Source: an uncultured Pseudomonadales bacterium (GTDB lineage: Bacteria > Patescibacteriota > Microgenomatia > UBA1400 > Chazhemtobacteraceae). From it: DNA of 64,000 nucleotides. The translations under genes were made by a program, and so were the position numbers. This document shows, in pieces, positions 50,021 through 59,588 of the stretch. The notes below the pieces were generated by a model. That model was given only the letters and a program-made list of their open reading frames with translations, did not search any database and was not told the DNA's origin. Within the stretch, counting starts at the first letter, position 1. The number at the start of each line of letters is the position of its first letter. The stretch is from the NCBI GenBank assembly GCA_964422035.1, contig CAYQZQ010000001.1:121013-185012 (forward strand), in the 5' to 3' direction.

Positions 50021-51329
50021 TCAATACACGACAATCATTGGTTTGGAGGTACATATTGAAATTTCAACTAATCGAAAGATGTTCTGTGATTGTCCGGCAG
50101 AGCATTTTAGAATAAAACCAAACACTAATATTTGTCCTGTCTGTATGGGATTACCTGGTGCTTTGCCTGTGCCTAACAGACAGGCTATTGAGGATACCAT
50201 AAAGATTGCTTCTGCTTTGGGTTGTGAGATTAATCATGAAAGTAAGTTTGACCGTAAGCATTATTTTTATCCCGATTTGCCTAAAGGGTATCAAATAAGC
50301 CAGTATGACAAGCCTTTGGCCAGTGGGGGTGGCTATATGTTGTTTGACGGCGGTAGAGTCAGGATTAGAAGAGTTCATTTGGAAGAAGACACAGGTAAGT
50401 TAATACATAAGATGATTGAGGGGAAGGATTCAAGCTTGATAGATTACAATCGCAGTGGGGTGCCTTTAGTCGAGATTGTAACTGAGCCGGATTTTGATTC
50501 TGCTGAAGATGTTAAAGAATTTTTGAAGATGCTGCGCAGGACTGTTAGATACATTGGTGTATCTGATGCAGACATGGAAAAAGGCTCGATGAGACTTGAG
50601 GCAAATATCTCTGTATCTGAAGGTGGAGTCTTGCCTGAATATAAAGTTGAGATAAAAAATGTTAATTCATTTAGATATCTGGCTTCAGCAATCGAGCATG
50701 AGATTGAAAGGCAAAAGAAGGTGTTGATTGAAGGAGGCAAGATTGGTCAGGAAACCAGAGGTTGGTCAGTTGAAGAAGGTCAAACTGTAGTACAAAGAGT
50801 GAAAGAAGAAGCAAAAGATTATAGATATTTCCCTGAGCCTGATATACCACCAATGAATTTTAGTGATGAGGATATTAAGTTAATGATTAAAGATCAACCA
50901 GTTTTGCCTGCCGAGATTAGTGATGAGTTGATTGAGCTTGGAGTCAGAAAAGAATATATACAGGCAGTGTTAGATGATCAGAAAATGGCTAAATATGCAC
51001 TTAAGCTGGCTAAGAAAGCTGTTGACACTAAAATAAAGTCAGATAAAGCGGTGGGTATGATTGTGAATAAGAGAGTAGATTGGACTAAAAAAAGTCCAAA
51101 AAGTTTACTTGACGGGATCTTGGATAAAAAAAGTGAAGGTAAAGCTTCAAGAATCGATACCCAAAAGTGGGCCAAACAAGTGGTTGAGAGTAACCAGGAA
51201 GCTGTGAAAGACTATAAAGCGGGCAAAGAGACAGCTTTAAAGTTTTTGTTGGGCCAAGTGATGACTAGTTCGAAAGGCAAAGCAGACCCTCAAGTTGCAA
51301 GAGATGCTTTAAAGGAGATTTTAGACTAG
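50013..51329 (+). CDS. gatB: Asp/Glu-tRNA amidotransferase subunit B
   Basis: YTTIIGLEVHIEISTNRKMFC and C-terminal YqeY-like tail. Overlaps gatA by 8 nt. Confidence 0.9.
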   Translation: MNNQYTTIIGLEVHIEISTNRKMFCDCPAEHFRIKPNTNICPVCMGLPGALPVPNRQAIEDTIKIASALGCEINHESKFDRKHYFYPDLPKGYQISQYDKPLASGGGYMLFDGGRVRIRRVHLEEDTGKLIHKMIEGKDSSLIDYNRSGVPLVEIVTEPDFDSAEDVKEFLKMLRRTVRYIGVSDADMEKGSMRLEANISVSEGGVLPEYKVEIKNVNSFRYLASAIEHEIERQKKVLIEGGKIGQETRGWSVEEGQTVVQRVKEEAKDYRYFPEPDIPPMNFSDEDIKLMIKDQPVLPAEISDELIELGVRKEYIQAVLDDQKMAKYALKLAKKAVDTKIKSDKAVGMIVNKRVDWTKKSPKSLLDGILDKKSEGKASRIDTQKWAKQVVESNQEAVKDYKAGKETALKFLLGQVMTSSKGKADPQVARDALKEILD

Positions 51330-51385
51330 AATTGGTTTTTGGGTATTGATTAGAGAGAGTTTAATTCTTAGTATGAAGTTGTTAT

Positions 51386-54300
51386 ATGTCAAATGATTTT
51401 GTTCATCTTCATGTTCACAGTGAGTATTCTCTATTGGATGGTCTCTCCAATATTGACAAGATGGTTGATAGAGCCAAGGAGCAGGGCGCAAAAGCGATTG
51501 CACTAACTGATCATGGTTCAATGTACGGAGTAATCGAGTTTTATAAGAAATGCAAGAAGGAAGGTATTAAACCCATTGTTGGATGTGAGATTTACATGTC
51601 TAAGGATGATTATAAAAAGAAAAAGCGAAGAGATGCTTATCACTTGACTGTTTGGGCGAAGAATAAAGCAGGTTATAAAAATTTGATGAAGATTGTATCG
51701 ATAGGTCATCTGGAGGGATTTTATTACAAACCTAGAGTTGATATAGAACTTTTAGGCAAGTATTCTGAGGGGCTTATGGCTAGCTCTGGATGTTCGTCGA
51801 GTTTAATTTCTAAACAACTGCTTAATGAATCTTATGAGAATGCTAAGGAAACTACTGAAAAATTTATAGATATATTTGGTGCAGATGATTTTTATATAGA
51901 ATTGCAGCGTCACCCTTATAAAAAAATGGCCAATGAGCAAGATGTGCCTGAAAAAGTAAAAAAAGACTTGGAAAGAATGGAAGAGGAGCAGGAGATAGTT
52001 GAGAAAGGTTTAGTTAAGCTATCTAGAGAGCTAGGTCTGCCGATTATTGCTACAAACGATGTCCATTATGTAGAGAAAGAAGATGCTGTAGCTCAAGATG
52101 CTGTTGTTTGTATTCAAACAGGAAAAATGATTGATGAGATTGATCGAATGAGGTACGTAGATACGCCGGATTTTTATCTTAAGTCTACAAAAGAGATGAA
52201 GGAGATTTTTGCAGATTTACCAGAGGCTGTAGAAAATACTGTTAAGTTAGCTGAGAAAGTTGATTTGCAGATTAAATTAGGTGAATGGTATTTTCCCAAG
52301 TTTGACTTGCCGGAAGGCAAGACGGCTGGTGAGGCTTTGCGAGATATGGCTTATAAGGGAGCAGAGGAAAGATTTGGTGAAATTAATGAAGAAATAGAAG
52401 AGAGGCTCGATTATGAGTTGAAGATTATTGATGATAGAGGTTACTCTCCGTATTTTTTGATTTATGCTGATATGACCCGTTATGCCAGCGAGAACGGTAT
52501 ATTTGTAAATACTAGAGGGAGTGCTGCAGGATCTTTAGTTTCATATTGTTGTGGAATTACGACTGTTGATCCTCTTCGTTATGATTTACCTTTTGAGCGT
52601 TTCTTAAACCCTTATCGTCCATCGCCTCCTGATATTGATTTAGATATTTCTGATGATCGTCGAGATGACATGATTAATTATTTGAGAGATAAATATGGTG
52701 ATGAAAAGGTAGCTCAAATTTGTACTTTTGGAACAATGAAGGCCAGGGCTGCAGTGAGAGATGTAGGAAGAGTGATGGGTATGCCCTACTCTCAGCCGGA
52801 CAGGGTGGCGAAGATGATTCCTTTGGGTAGTCAGGGATTTAAAATGACTTTAGACAGGGCTCTTAAAGAATCTAAGGAGCTTAAGAGAGCATATAAAAGC
52901 GAAGATGAGACACGGGAGTTGATAGAGATGGCAAAGAAAATTGAGGGGAATGTAAGACACATATCTGTGCACGCAGCTGCGGTGGTTGCTTCGCCGACTG
53001 AGATGACTGATTTTACGCCTTTGCAAACAGAGCCGGGTAGTGGAGACAAGGTAATTACTCAGTATGAGATGCATGCGTGTGAGGATGTTGGTCTTATTAA
53101 GCTTGATATTTTGGGGATAAGAAATTTGTCAATTATGGCTAACGCAATTACCATAATTGAGAAACTACAAGGTATTGAGATTGATATATATAAGATTCCT
53201 TTAGATGATAAGCAAACTTTTGAGATGTTATCAAAGGGGAGAACTTTTGGTGTGTTTCAACTGGCGTCTTCTGGGATGACTAGATATCTAATGGAGCTTG
53301 AGCCGGAGAGAATTGAAGACATTATGCAGATGGTGGCTTTGTATCGACCGGGACCGATGTCATTTATTCCGGAGTATATTAAGCGTAAGCATAATCCTAA
53401 GTTAGTTAAGTATATGGATCCTCGAATGGAGGACATACTAGAAAGTTCTTATGGGGTGATTGTTTATCAAGATGATGTTTTGTATGTAGCTCTTGAGTTG
53501 GCTGGTTATGACTGGGGTGAGGCGGACAAATTTAGAAAAGCTATTGGTAAAAAAATCCCTGAGGAGATGGAGAAACAGAGGGATAAGTTTATCAATGGAT
53601 GTGTAGAGAACGGCATGGATAAAAAGGTGGCTATAGAGTTGTTTTCAAGGATTGAGACGTTTGCTGCATATGGTTTTAATAAAGCTCATGCTGCAAGTTA
53701 CGGAATGGTAAGTTACTGGACAGCTTATCTTAAAGCTAACTATCCGATTGAGTACATGACTGCCCTTTTAACAGCTGAGTCAGGCAATACTGACAAGTTG
53801 GTTGAGGCTATTAATGAGTGTGAAGAGATGGGAATAAAAATATTGCCTCCAGATGTTAATCAATCATTAATTGCTTTTACTGTAGTCAAAGAAGATAACG
53901 GAGAGAGAGCGATAAGATTTGGGTTGAGTGCTATTAAGAATGTGGGTGAAGCAGCTGTTGAGGCGATTCTTGAGGATAGAAAAGCAAATGGAGAGTTTAG
54001 TTCGTTATCGGATTTTTGTATGCGGGTTGATGCCAGGAAGGTGAACAAAAAAGTTTTGGAAAGTTTAATAAAATCAGGAGCGATGGATCGTTTTGGAGAA
54101 AGAGCAGCCTTGATGGCTGGTTTGGGAAATATTAGAAATAAGGCTTCATCTATGCAAAAGAAAAAAGAAGCGGGACAGGAAAGCCTATTTGGAAATGTGA
54201 GTAAGGAGAATAATCCGATGGCTATCAAGGATGTTTTGCCTGATGTTGAACCTTGGGCAAAGAAGGATAAACTACGATTTGAAAAAGAACTTTTAGGCTT

Positions 54301-54865
54301 TTATCTTTCTGATAATCCGATTAAATCAGTTATGGGCAAGATGGAGTCTTTGATTACCCATAGAATAAATCAGTTAGATGTCAAGCATCATGTTGGTCAG
54401 ACTGTAAAGGTAGTGGGAATGATAACTGACATTAGGAAAGTGCAAACAAGGAGAAATAACGATTCGATGGCGTTTGGTGAAATCGAGGATGATAGTGGTT
54501 CGGTTAATATTGTTGTTTTTCCAACAATTTATGATGAAACAAGGAAGTTTTGGGAGGAAGACAAGCTGGTATTTATTGAGGGTAAGGTTGATGATAGGGA
54601 TAACAATCTTAATTTATTGGTAGGTTCGGTTGAATTGATTGAGAATGTCAAAGAACCTGACACGAAGATCAGAAGGATTAAGATTCCCCGTGGTACTGAA
54701 AAATCGGTATTAAGAGAAATTAGCAACCTGCTTAGAGAAAACCCCGGAGATGATAGGGTGAAGATAGTAGTTCCTAATAATGGAGGACCTAAAATTATTG
54801 ATGTTCCTTTCACTGTAGATTATTCCAAAAAGCTTGACAGTAAAATTGATAAGCTGTTAGACTAA
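51386..54865 (+). CDS. dnaE: DNA polymerase III alpha subunit
   Basis: PHP start FVHLHVHSEYSLLDG, palm and fingers regions, OB fold near the C-terminus. 1159 aa. Confidence 0.95.
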   Translation: MSNDFVHLHVHSEYSLLDGLSNIDKMVDRAKEQGAKAIALTDHGSMYGVIEFYKKCKKEGIKPIVGCEIYMSKDDYKKKKRRDAYHLTVWAKNKAGYKNLMKIVSIGHLEGFYYKPRVDIELLGKYSEGLMASSGCSSSLISKQLLNESYENAKETTEKFIDIFGADDFYIELQRHPYKKMANEQDVPEKVKKDLERMEEEQEIVEKGLVKLSRELGLPIIATNDVHYVEKEDAVAQDAVVCIQTGKMIDEIDRMRYVDTPDFYLKSTKEMKEIFADLPEAVENTVKLAEKVDLQIKLGEWYFPKFDLPEGKTAGEALRDMAYKGAEERFGEINEEIEERLDYELKIIDDRGYSPYFLIYADMTRYASENGIFVNTRGSAAGSLVSYCCGITTVDPLRYDLPFERFLNPYRPSPPDIDLDISDDRRDDMINYLRDKYGDEKVAQICTFGTMKARAAVRDVGRVMGMPYSQPDRVAKMIPLGSQGFKMTLDRALKESKELKRAYKSEDETRELIEMAKKIEGNVRHISVHAAAVVASPTEMTDFTPLQTEPGSGDKVITQYEMHACEDVGLIKLDILGIRNLSIMANAITIIEKLQGIEIDIYKIPLDDKQTFEMLSKGRTFGVFQLASSGMTRYLMELEPERIEDIMQMVALYRPGPMSFIPEYIKRKHNPKLVKYMDPRMEDILESSYGVIVYQDDVLYVALELAGYDWGEADKFRKAIGKKIPEEMEKQRDKFINGCVENGMDKKVAIELFSRIETFAAYGFNKAHAASYGMVSYWTAYLKANYPIEYMTALLTAESGNTDKLVEAINECEEMGIKILPPDVNQSLIAFTVVKEDNGERAIRFGLSAIKNVGEAAVEAILEDRKANGEFSSLSDFCMRVDARKVNKKVLESLIKSGAMDRFGERAALMAGLGNIRNKASSMQKKKEAGQESLFGNVSKENNPMAIKDVLPDVEPWAKKDKLRFEKELLGFYLSDNPIKSVMGKMESLITHRINQLDVKHHVGQTVKVVGMITDIRKVQTRRNNDSMAFGEIEDDSGSVNIVVFPTIYDETRKFWEEDKLVFIEGKVDDRDNNLNLLVGSVELIENVKEPDTKIRRIKIPRGTEKSVLREISNLLRENPGDDRVKIVVPNNGGPKIIDVPFTVDYSKKLDSKIDKLLD

Positions 54866-54927
54866 GGATCCAGTTGGTTAATCAATCATGTAGGTTAGCC
54901 GGCTGGTTTTTTGTTATTAAAAGAGTT

Positions 54928-56580
54928 ATGAAAACAAAGTTTATTTTTACAATTGGTGGGGTTTTGTCGGGACTTGGGAAAGGTATTACTACAGCTTCGG
55001 TAGGTCTACTTTTAAAACAAAGAGGATTTAAGGTTACAGCGGTCAAAATAGATCCTTATATAAGTATCGATGCGGGTACTATGAGGCCGGCTGAACATGG
55101 TGAAACTTTTGTTACTGCAGATGGTGGGGAGATCGATCAGGATTTGGGCAACTATGAAAGATTTTTAGGAGTTGAGTTGTCAAAGGACAATAATATTACA
55201 ACAGGTAAAGCTTATAAAGGAGTTATCGACAAGGAAAGATCATTTGCTTATGAAGGGAGAGATGCTCAGATCTTTCCGGATCTTATTAATGAGATTAAGG
55301 AGAGTATTTATAAATCTGGCGAAGGTTATGATTTCTGTTTAGTTGAAGTGGGAGGAACTACTGGTGATATTGAAAACCTTCCCTTTTTGCATGCAGTTAG
55401 AGAGATTGGTAAGGAAAATGATGCGGTGTATCTAATGGTGACTTATTTACCTTTTTTGAAAAATGTGGGAGAGCTAAAGACAAAACCCACCCAGCATGCG
55501 GTAGCTGAGTTACGAAGTGTAGGTATTTTTCCTGATTTGATAATTACCAGAAATGAGATTCCTATTGATCAACCAAGAATCGAGACTATTTCGAAGCGGT
55601 GTTTTATTGACGAGGAAAAGATTATTGATAATCCTGACACTGAGAATATCTATTCCATTCCCCTGCTCTTTGAAAAGGAAGAGGTGGCAGACAAAATTTT
55701 GAGAGAGTTTGAAATAGAGAATGGTAAGTCTGATTTAAAGGAGTGGAAGAGCATTGTAGATAATATTGATAATCCTGATAGGAAATTAAGAGTAGGAATG
55801 GTTGGTAAGTATCATAAGCACGGCGCTGATGTGCATAAGGATGTATATATTTCAGTTTATGAAGCGATTACCCACGCTGCTGCAAAACTAGCTGTTGAGA
55901 TTGAACTGGTTCCGATTGAGTCTGAAAAGCTAGAAGATGGGAAGAATGTCAAGATAATAATGGGTAAGTATAACCTGGATGGATTAATAGGGCCTCAAGG
56001 TTGGGGTACCAGAGGCGTTGAAGGAATTATTAAGGGTATAGAGTATGCCAGGGAGGAGAAATTGCCTTATCTGGGCTTGTGTTTTGGAATGCAGTTGCTT
56101 ACCGTTGAGTATGCACGAAATGTTGCTGGTTTGGATGAAGCTAATTCAGTTGAGGTCGACAAGGAAACAGCTCATCCAGTAGTCCATATTATGCCCGACC
56201 AGAAGAAGTATCTTGAGAAACAACAGTATGGAGGTACAATCCGACTTGGAAACTGGTCGTGCAAAATTAAAGATGGGACGTTGATAGAAAAATGCTATTT
56301 AGAACATGGGTATGAAAAAGAAGATGGTGATTTGATAGTTGATGAGAGACACCGTCATCGATACGAGTTTAACAATAAGTACAAGGATCAGTTGGGAGAA
56401 AAGGGCTTGGTATTCAGTGGCGTGTCGCCAGATGGAAAACTGGTAGAGGCTGTCGAGTTACCTGTTGATATGCATCCATTTTTTGTTGGAACTCAGTTTC
56501 ATCCGGAGTATAAATCGAGGGTAATGGAGCCTCACCCATTGTTTATTGAGTTTATAAAAGCTTGTGTTGAGGCTAATTAG
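54928..56580 (+). CDS. pyrG: CTP synthase
   Basis: MKTKFIFTIGGVLSGLGKG P-loop and C-terminal glutamine amidotransferase domain (GLCFGMQ). Confidence 0.9.
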   Translation: MKTKFIFTIGGVLSGLGKGITTASVGLLLKQRGFKVTAVKIDPYISIDAGTMRPAEHGETFVTADGGEIDQDLGNYERFLGVELSKDNNITTGKAYKGVIDKERSFAYEGRDAQIFPDLINEIKESIYKSGEGYDFCLVEVGGTTGDIENLPFLHAVREIGKENDAVYLMVTYLPFLKNVGELKTKPTQHAVAELRSVGIFPDLIITRNEIPIDQPRIETISKRCFIDEEKIIDNPDTENIYSIPLLFEKEEVADKILREFEIENGKSDLKEWKSIVDNIDNPDRKLRVGMVGKYHKHGADVHKDVYISVYEAITHAAAKLAVEIELVPIESEKLEDGKNVKIIMGKYNLDGLIGPQGWGTRGVEGIIKGIEYAREEKLPYLGLCFGMQLLTVEYARNVAGLDEANSVEVDKETAHPVVHIMPDQKKYLEKQQYGGTIRLGNWSCKIKDGTLIEKCYLEHGYEKEDGDLIVDERHRHRYEFNNKYKDQLGEKGLVFSGVSPDGKLVEAVELPVDMHPFFVGTQFHPEYKSRVMEPHPLFIEFIKACVEAN

Positions 56581-56598
56581 CTGGTAAAATTTACGAAT

Positions 56599-57066
56599 AT
56601 GGCAAATCAACTAAATTGGAGAAATAAAGTTAAGTTTTCTAGCGGAGATACTATTAAAGTACACCAAAAGGTGGAAGAAGGTGATAAAAGCAGAAACCAG
56701 ATATTTGAAGGTGTTGTTATTAGGATTAAGGGTAATCCTGGCTCTAAAAGCTTCACAGTTAGAAAAATGGGTGCTAACAAAGTAGGTGTTGAGAAAATTT
56801 TTCCAGAAGACTCCCCTGGTGTAACGAAAGTAGAGATAGTTAAACAAGGAAGAGTATGTCGTGCTAACCTTTCTTATTTAAGAGACAAAGTAACCAAAAA
56901 GGATTCTAAGATTGAGGATAGATTTGTAAAAGCTAATAAAGAAGAAAAGTCTGAAGAAGCAGAGGATGTAGTTGAGAAGACTAAAGAAAAAACTGAGCCT
57001 AAAAAAGACAAAAAAGATGAGAAAACTAAGGAAAAAGGTGAAAAAAAAGAAGAAGACAAAAAGTAA
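56599..57066 (+). CDS. rplS: 50S ribosomal protein L19 with Lys/Glu-rich C-terminal extension
   Basis: FSSGDTIKVHQKVEEGDKSRNQIFEGVVI L19 core. About 45 aa K/E-rich tail. Confidence 0.9.
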   Translation: MANQLNWRNKVKFSSGDTIKVHQKVEEGDKSRNQIFEGVVIRIKGNPGSKSFTVRKMGANKVGVEKIFPEDSPGVTKVEIVKQGRVCRANLSYLRDKVTKKDSKIEDRFVKANKEEKSEEAEDVVEKTKEKTEPKKDKKDEKTKEKGEKKEEDKK

Positions 57067-57112
57067 TAAGGGAGTTTCAAACTAGCAGTAATGGTAAAAT
57101 AGCTGTTAATTA

Positions 57113-57187
57113 GGGTCCGTAGCTCAGCCTGGTTAGAGCACCTGCCTTTTAAGCAGGGTGTCCTGGGTTCGAATCCCAGCGGACCCA
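57113..57187 (+). tRNA. tRNA-Lys (anticodon TTT)
   Basis: GGGTCCG/CGGACCC acceptor stem, anticodon loop CTTTTAA. Confidence 0.9.
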
Positions 57188-57193
57188 CATCTA

Positions 57194-57268
57194 GGCCCCA
57201 TCGTCTAGTCTGGTCTAGGACGCCAGGTTTTCATCCTGGTAACCCGGGTTCGAATCCCGGTGGGGTCA
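57194..57268 (+). tRNA. tRNA-Glu (anticodon TTC)
   Basis: GGCCCCA/TGGGGTC acceptor stem with one G-U pair. Anticodon loop TTTTCAT. Overall similarity to bacterial tRNA-Glu. Confidence 0.85.
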
Positions 57269-57504
57269 CATTTATAGGCTTATTTGCTTGTTACTAAATT
57301 CACTTTTTGGGTTCCTTTTATACATTTTTGTTGTTGATCTAGGTTTATTAATTGGTGGGTTGAGTTGTTATGTATATAAAGAATAAGGACTATAGGATAG
57401 TATATTCTGTTTAATTGTTTTTTGCTAAAAGAGATTGTTATGCTATCTGAATATATTAAGGCGCTCTTTATGGTTAGTCGGGGTTAAACTGTTATGATTA
57501 GATT

Positions 57505-57990
57505 ATGAAAGTTTTGGGAATTGATCCAGGTACTGGTAGGACTGGTTGGGCAATTGTTGGAAGAGATGGGGGCAGCAATAGATTAATAGAGTGTGGCTGC
57601 TTGGAAACAAAAGCTCATACTCCCCTACCTGACCGATTATATAAAATTTACCAGAAAATTAATGCTTTAATTGAGAAGCATGAACCTTCAGAGGCGGCCA
57701 TAGAGAAAATATTTTTTTCTAAGAATGTCAAAACCGCTATGAGTGTTGGACATGCCAGAGGTGTAGTTTTATTGGCTTGCAAACTGTCCAATATAGATAT
57801 TTTTTCATATGCTCCTTCGCAGATTAAATCCTCTGTGACGGGATATGGTAATGCTCCCAAAAAGCAAGTACAAGAGATGGTAAAAAGCATTTTAAACTTA
57901 GAGGAAGTGCCCAAACCAGATGATGCGGCTGATGCTGTAGCGGTGGCTTTGACTCACTTGGCAATCCCTCCGGCTTTAAGAGAAAATTAG
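57505..57990 (+). CDS. ruvC: Holliday junction resolvase RuvC
   Basis: MKVLGIDPGTGRTGWAIV and downstream acidic catalytic residues. Confidence 0.9.
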   Translation: MKVLGIDPGTGRTGWAIVGRDGGSNRLIECGCLETKAHTPLPDRLYKIYQKINALIEKHEPSEAAIEKIFFSKNVKTAMSVGHARGVVLLACKLSNIDIFSYAPSQIKSSVTGYGNAPKKQVQEMVKSILNLEEVPKPDDAADAVAVALTHLAIPPALREN

Positions 57991-58010
57991 GGAAGTGTAA
58001 AATGAAATAG

Positions 58011-58577
58011 ATGATAGGATATATAGAAGGACAAATCTCTCATATTGATAGAGGTAAAGTTGTTGTAATGACAAACTCTGGAGTGGGTTATTCTGTTGCG
58101 GTATCGAACCAATTTTTATTTAAAAAGGAAGCGGGTCAGGCGATCAAACTATATATTTACACTCATGTAAGAGAGGATGCACTTGATTTGATTGGTTTTG
58201 GTAAGCTAGAAGATTTACAATTGTTTGGACAGTTGATCGATGTTTCTGGTGTTGGCCCTAAGCTCGGGTTGAGCATTATTGAAGCTGATAGTTCTGAAGC
58301 TATTGTTAAGGCGATTCAAGAAGCTGATATTGACTTTTTCACCTCTGTGTCGGGAATTGGAAAAAAAAGTGCTCAGAGACTAATAGTCGAGCTTCAAAGT
58401 AAGGTAGGAGGCGATGGAATTGATCTTAAGGAGTCTCCAGAAAGGAAAGAGGTTGTTGATGCCATTGCCAGTTTAGGATTTGGCAAGAAAGAAGCCAGAG
58501 ATGCTCTTAAGGGGGTTGATCTAGATGCTAAAGTAGAAGAGCAGATTAAAGAAGGATTGAAAAATTTAAAAAAATAA
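58011..58577 (+). CDS. ruvA: Holliday junction branch migration protein RuvA
   Basis: MIGYIEGQI...GVGYSV OB fold, two HhH motifs (GVGPKLGL and GIGKKSAQR). Confidence 0.9.
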   Translation: MIGYIEGQISHIDRGKVVVMTNSGVGYSVAVSNQFLFKKEAGQAIKLYIYTHVREDALDLIGFGKLEDLQLFGQLIDVSGVGPKLGLSIIEADSSEAIVKAIQEADIDFFTSVSGIGKKSAQRLIVELQSKVGGDGIDLKESPERKEVVDAIASLGFGKKEARDALKGVDLDAKVEEQIKEGLKNLKK

Positions 58578-59576
58578 ATGTCAAAAAAAGATAAGGAAGC
58601 AAATCAAGAACTTGAAGAGGTACTAAATTCACTACGTGCTCAAAGTTGGGATGAGTTTATTGGTCAAAGTCGGGTAAAGGAAAGCTTATCTATTGCCATT
58701 AAGGCAGCTCAAGAAAGAGATGAGGCCATGGAACATTCACTGTTTTATGGACCTCCGGGGTTGGGAAAGACGACTTTAGCTCACCTTGTAGCCCAGAGTA
58801 TGGGTGTGAACATTAAAGTTACCTCAGGGCCAGCAATTGAAAGATCAGGTGACTTGGCTGCTATCTTGTCCTCGTTGGAAACGGGTGATGTGTTGTTTAT
58901 TGATGAGATTCACAGGCTTAACAAGACTGTAGAAGAGACTTTATATCCAGCTATGGAAGATTATGCTCTGGATGTTGTTTTAGGCAAGGGGCCTTCTGCC
59001 AGGACTGTAAGGCTTAATTTAGATAAGTTTACCTTAATCGGAGCGACCACCAGAATAGGTTTAATTGCAGCTCCTTTGAGAGATAGGTTTGGTATGACGC
59101 ACAGACTGGATTTTTATAAGGATAATGAGTTAGTTGAAATTTTATTTAATGCGGCAGAAAAACTTAAAATGTCTTTGGATAAAAAATCAGCTAAGGTAAT
59201 TGCTAGAAGGTCAAGGAAGACGGCAAGGATCGCCTTGAAGTTATTACGACGGGTAAGAGATTTTGCTCAGGTTAAATTTGATGATGAGATAAGCCCCGAA
59301 GTGGCTATAGGAGCGCTGTCTATGCTAGGTATAGATGAAAAGGGGTTGATGGATGCAGATCGAAAGCTTATTAAGTCGATAATCAAAAAACATAAAGGTG
59401 GACCAGTGGGTGTGGAAACTCTTTCTGCGCTTATTCATGAAGAGGTTGACACAATCAAAGATGTCTACGAGCCATTTTTGATGCAGATTGGAATGCTTAA
59501 GCGAACTTCAAGGGGCAGAGTGGCAACCAGAAAAGCCTACGAGCATCTAGATTTAAAGAAAAGATCCGATACATAG
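58578..59576 (+). CDS. ruvB: Holliday junction ATP-dependent helicase RuvB
   Basis: FIGQ..VKE.L, Walker A GPPGLGKTTLA, and DEIHRL. Confidence 0.95.
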   Translation: MSKKDKEANQELEEVLNSLRAQSWDEFIGQSRVKESLSIAIKAAQERDEAMEHSLFYGPPGLGKTTLAHLVAQSMGVNIKVTSGPAIERSGDLAAILSSLETGDVLFIDEIHRLNKTVEETLYPAMEDYALDVVLGKGPSARTVRLNLDKFTLIGATTRIGLIAAPLRDRFGMTHRLDFYKDNELVEILFNAAEKLKMSLDKKSAKVIARRSRKTARIALKLLRRVRDFAQVKFDDEISPEVAIGALSMLGIDEKGLMDADRKLIKSIIKKHKGGPVGVETLSALIHEEVDTIKDVYEPFLMQIGMLKRTSRGRVATRKAYEHLDLKKRSDT

Positions 59577-59588
59577 TAAAATAAATAG

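Noticed and set aside
56874-57188. ORF 56874-57188(-) overlapping rplS tail and tRNA-Lys
   Set aside because: Ser/Phe/Leu-rich antisense of the K/E-rich repeat; overlaps a tRNA.
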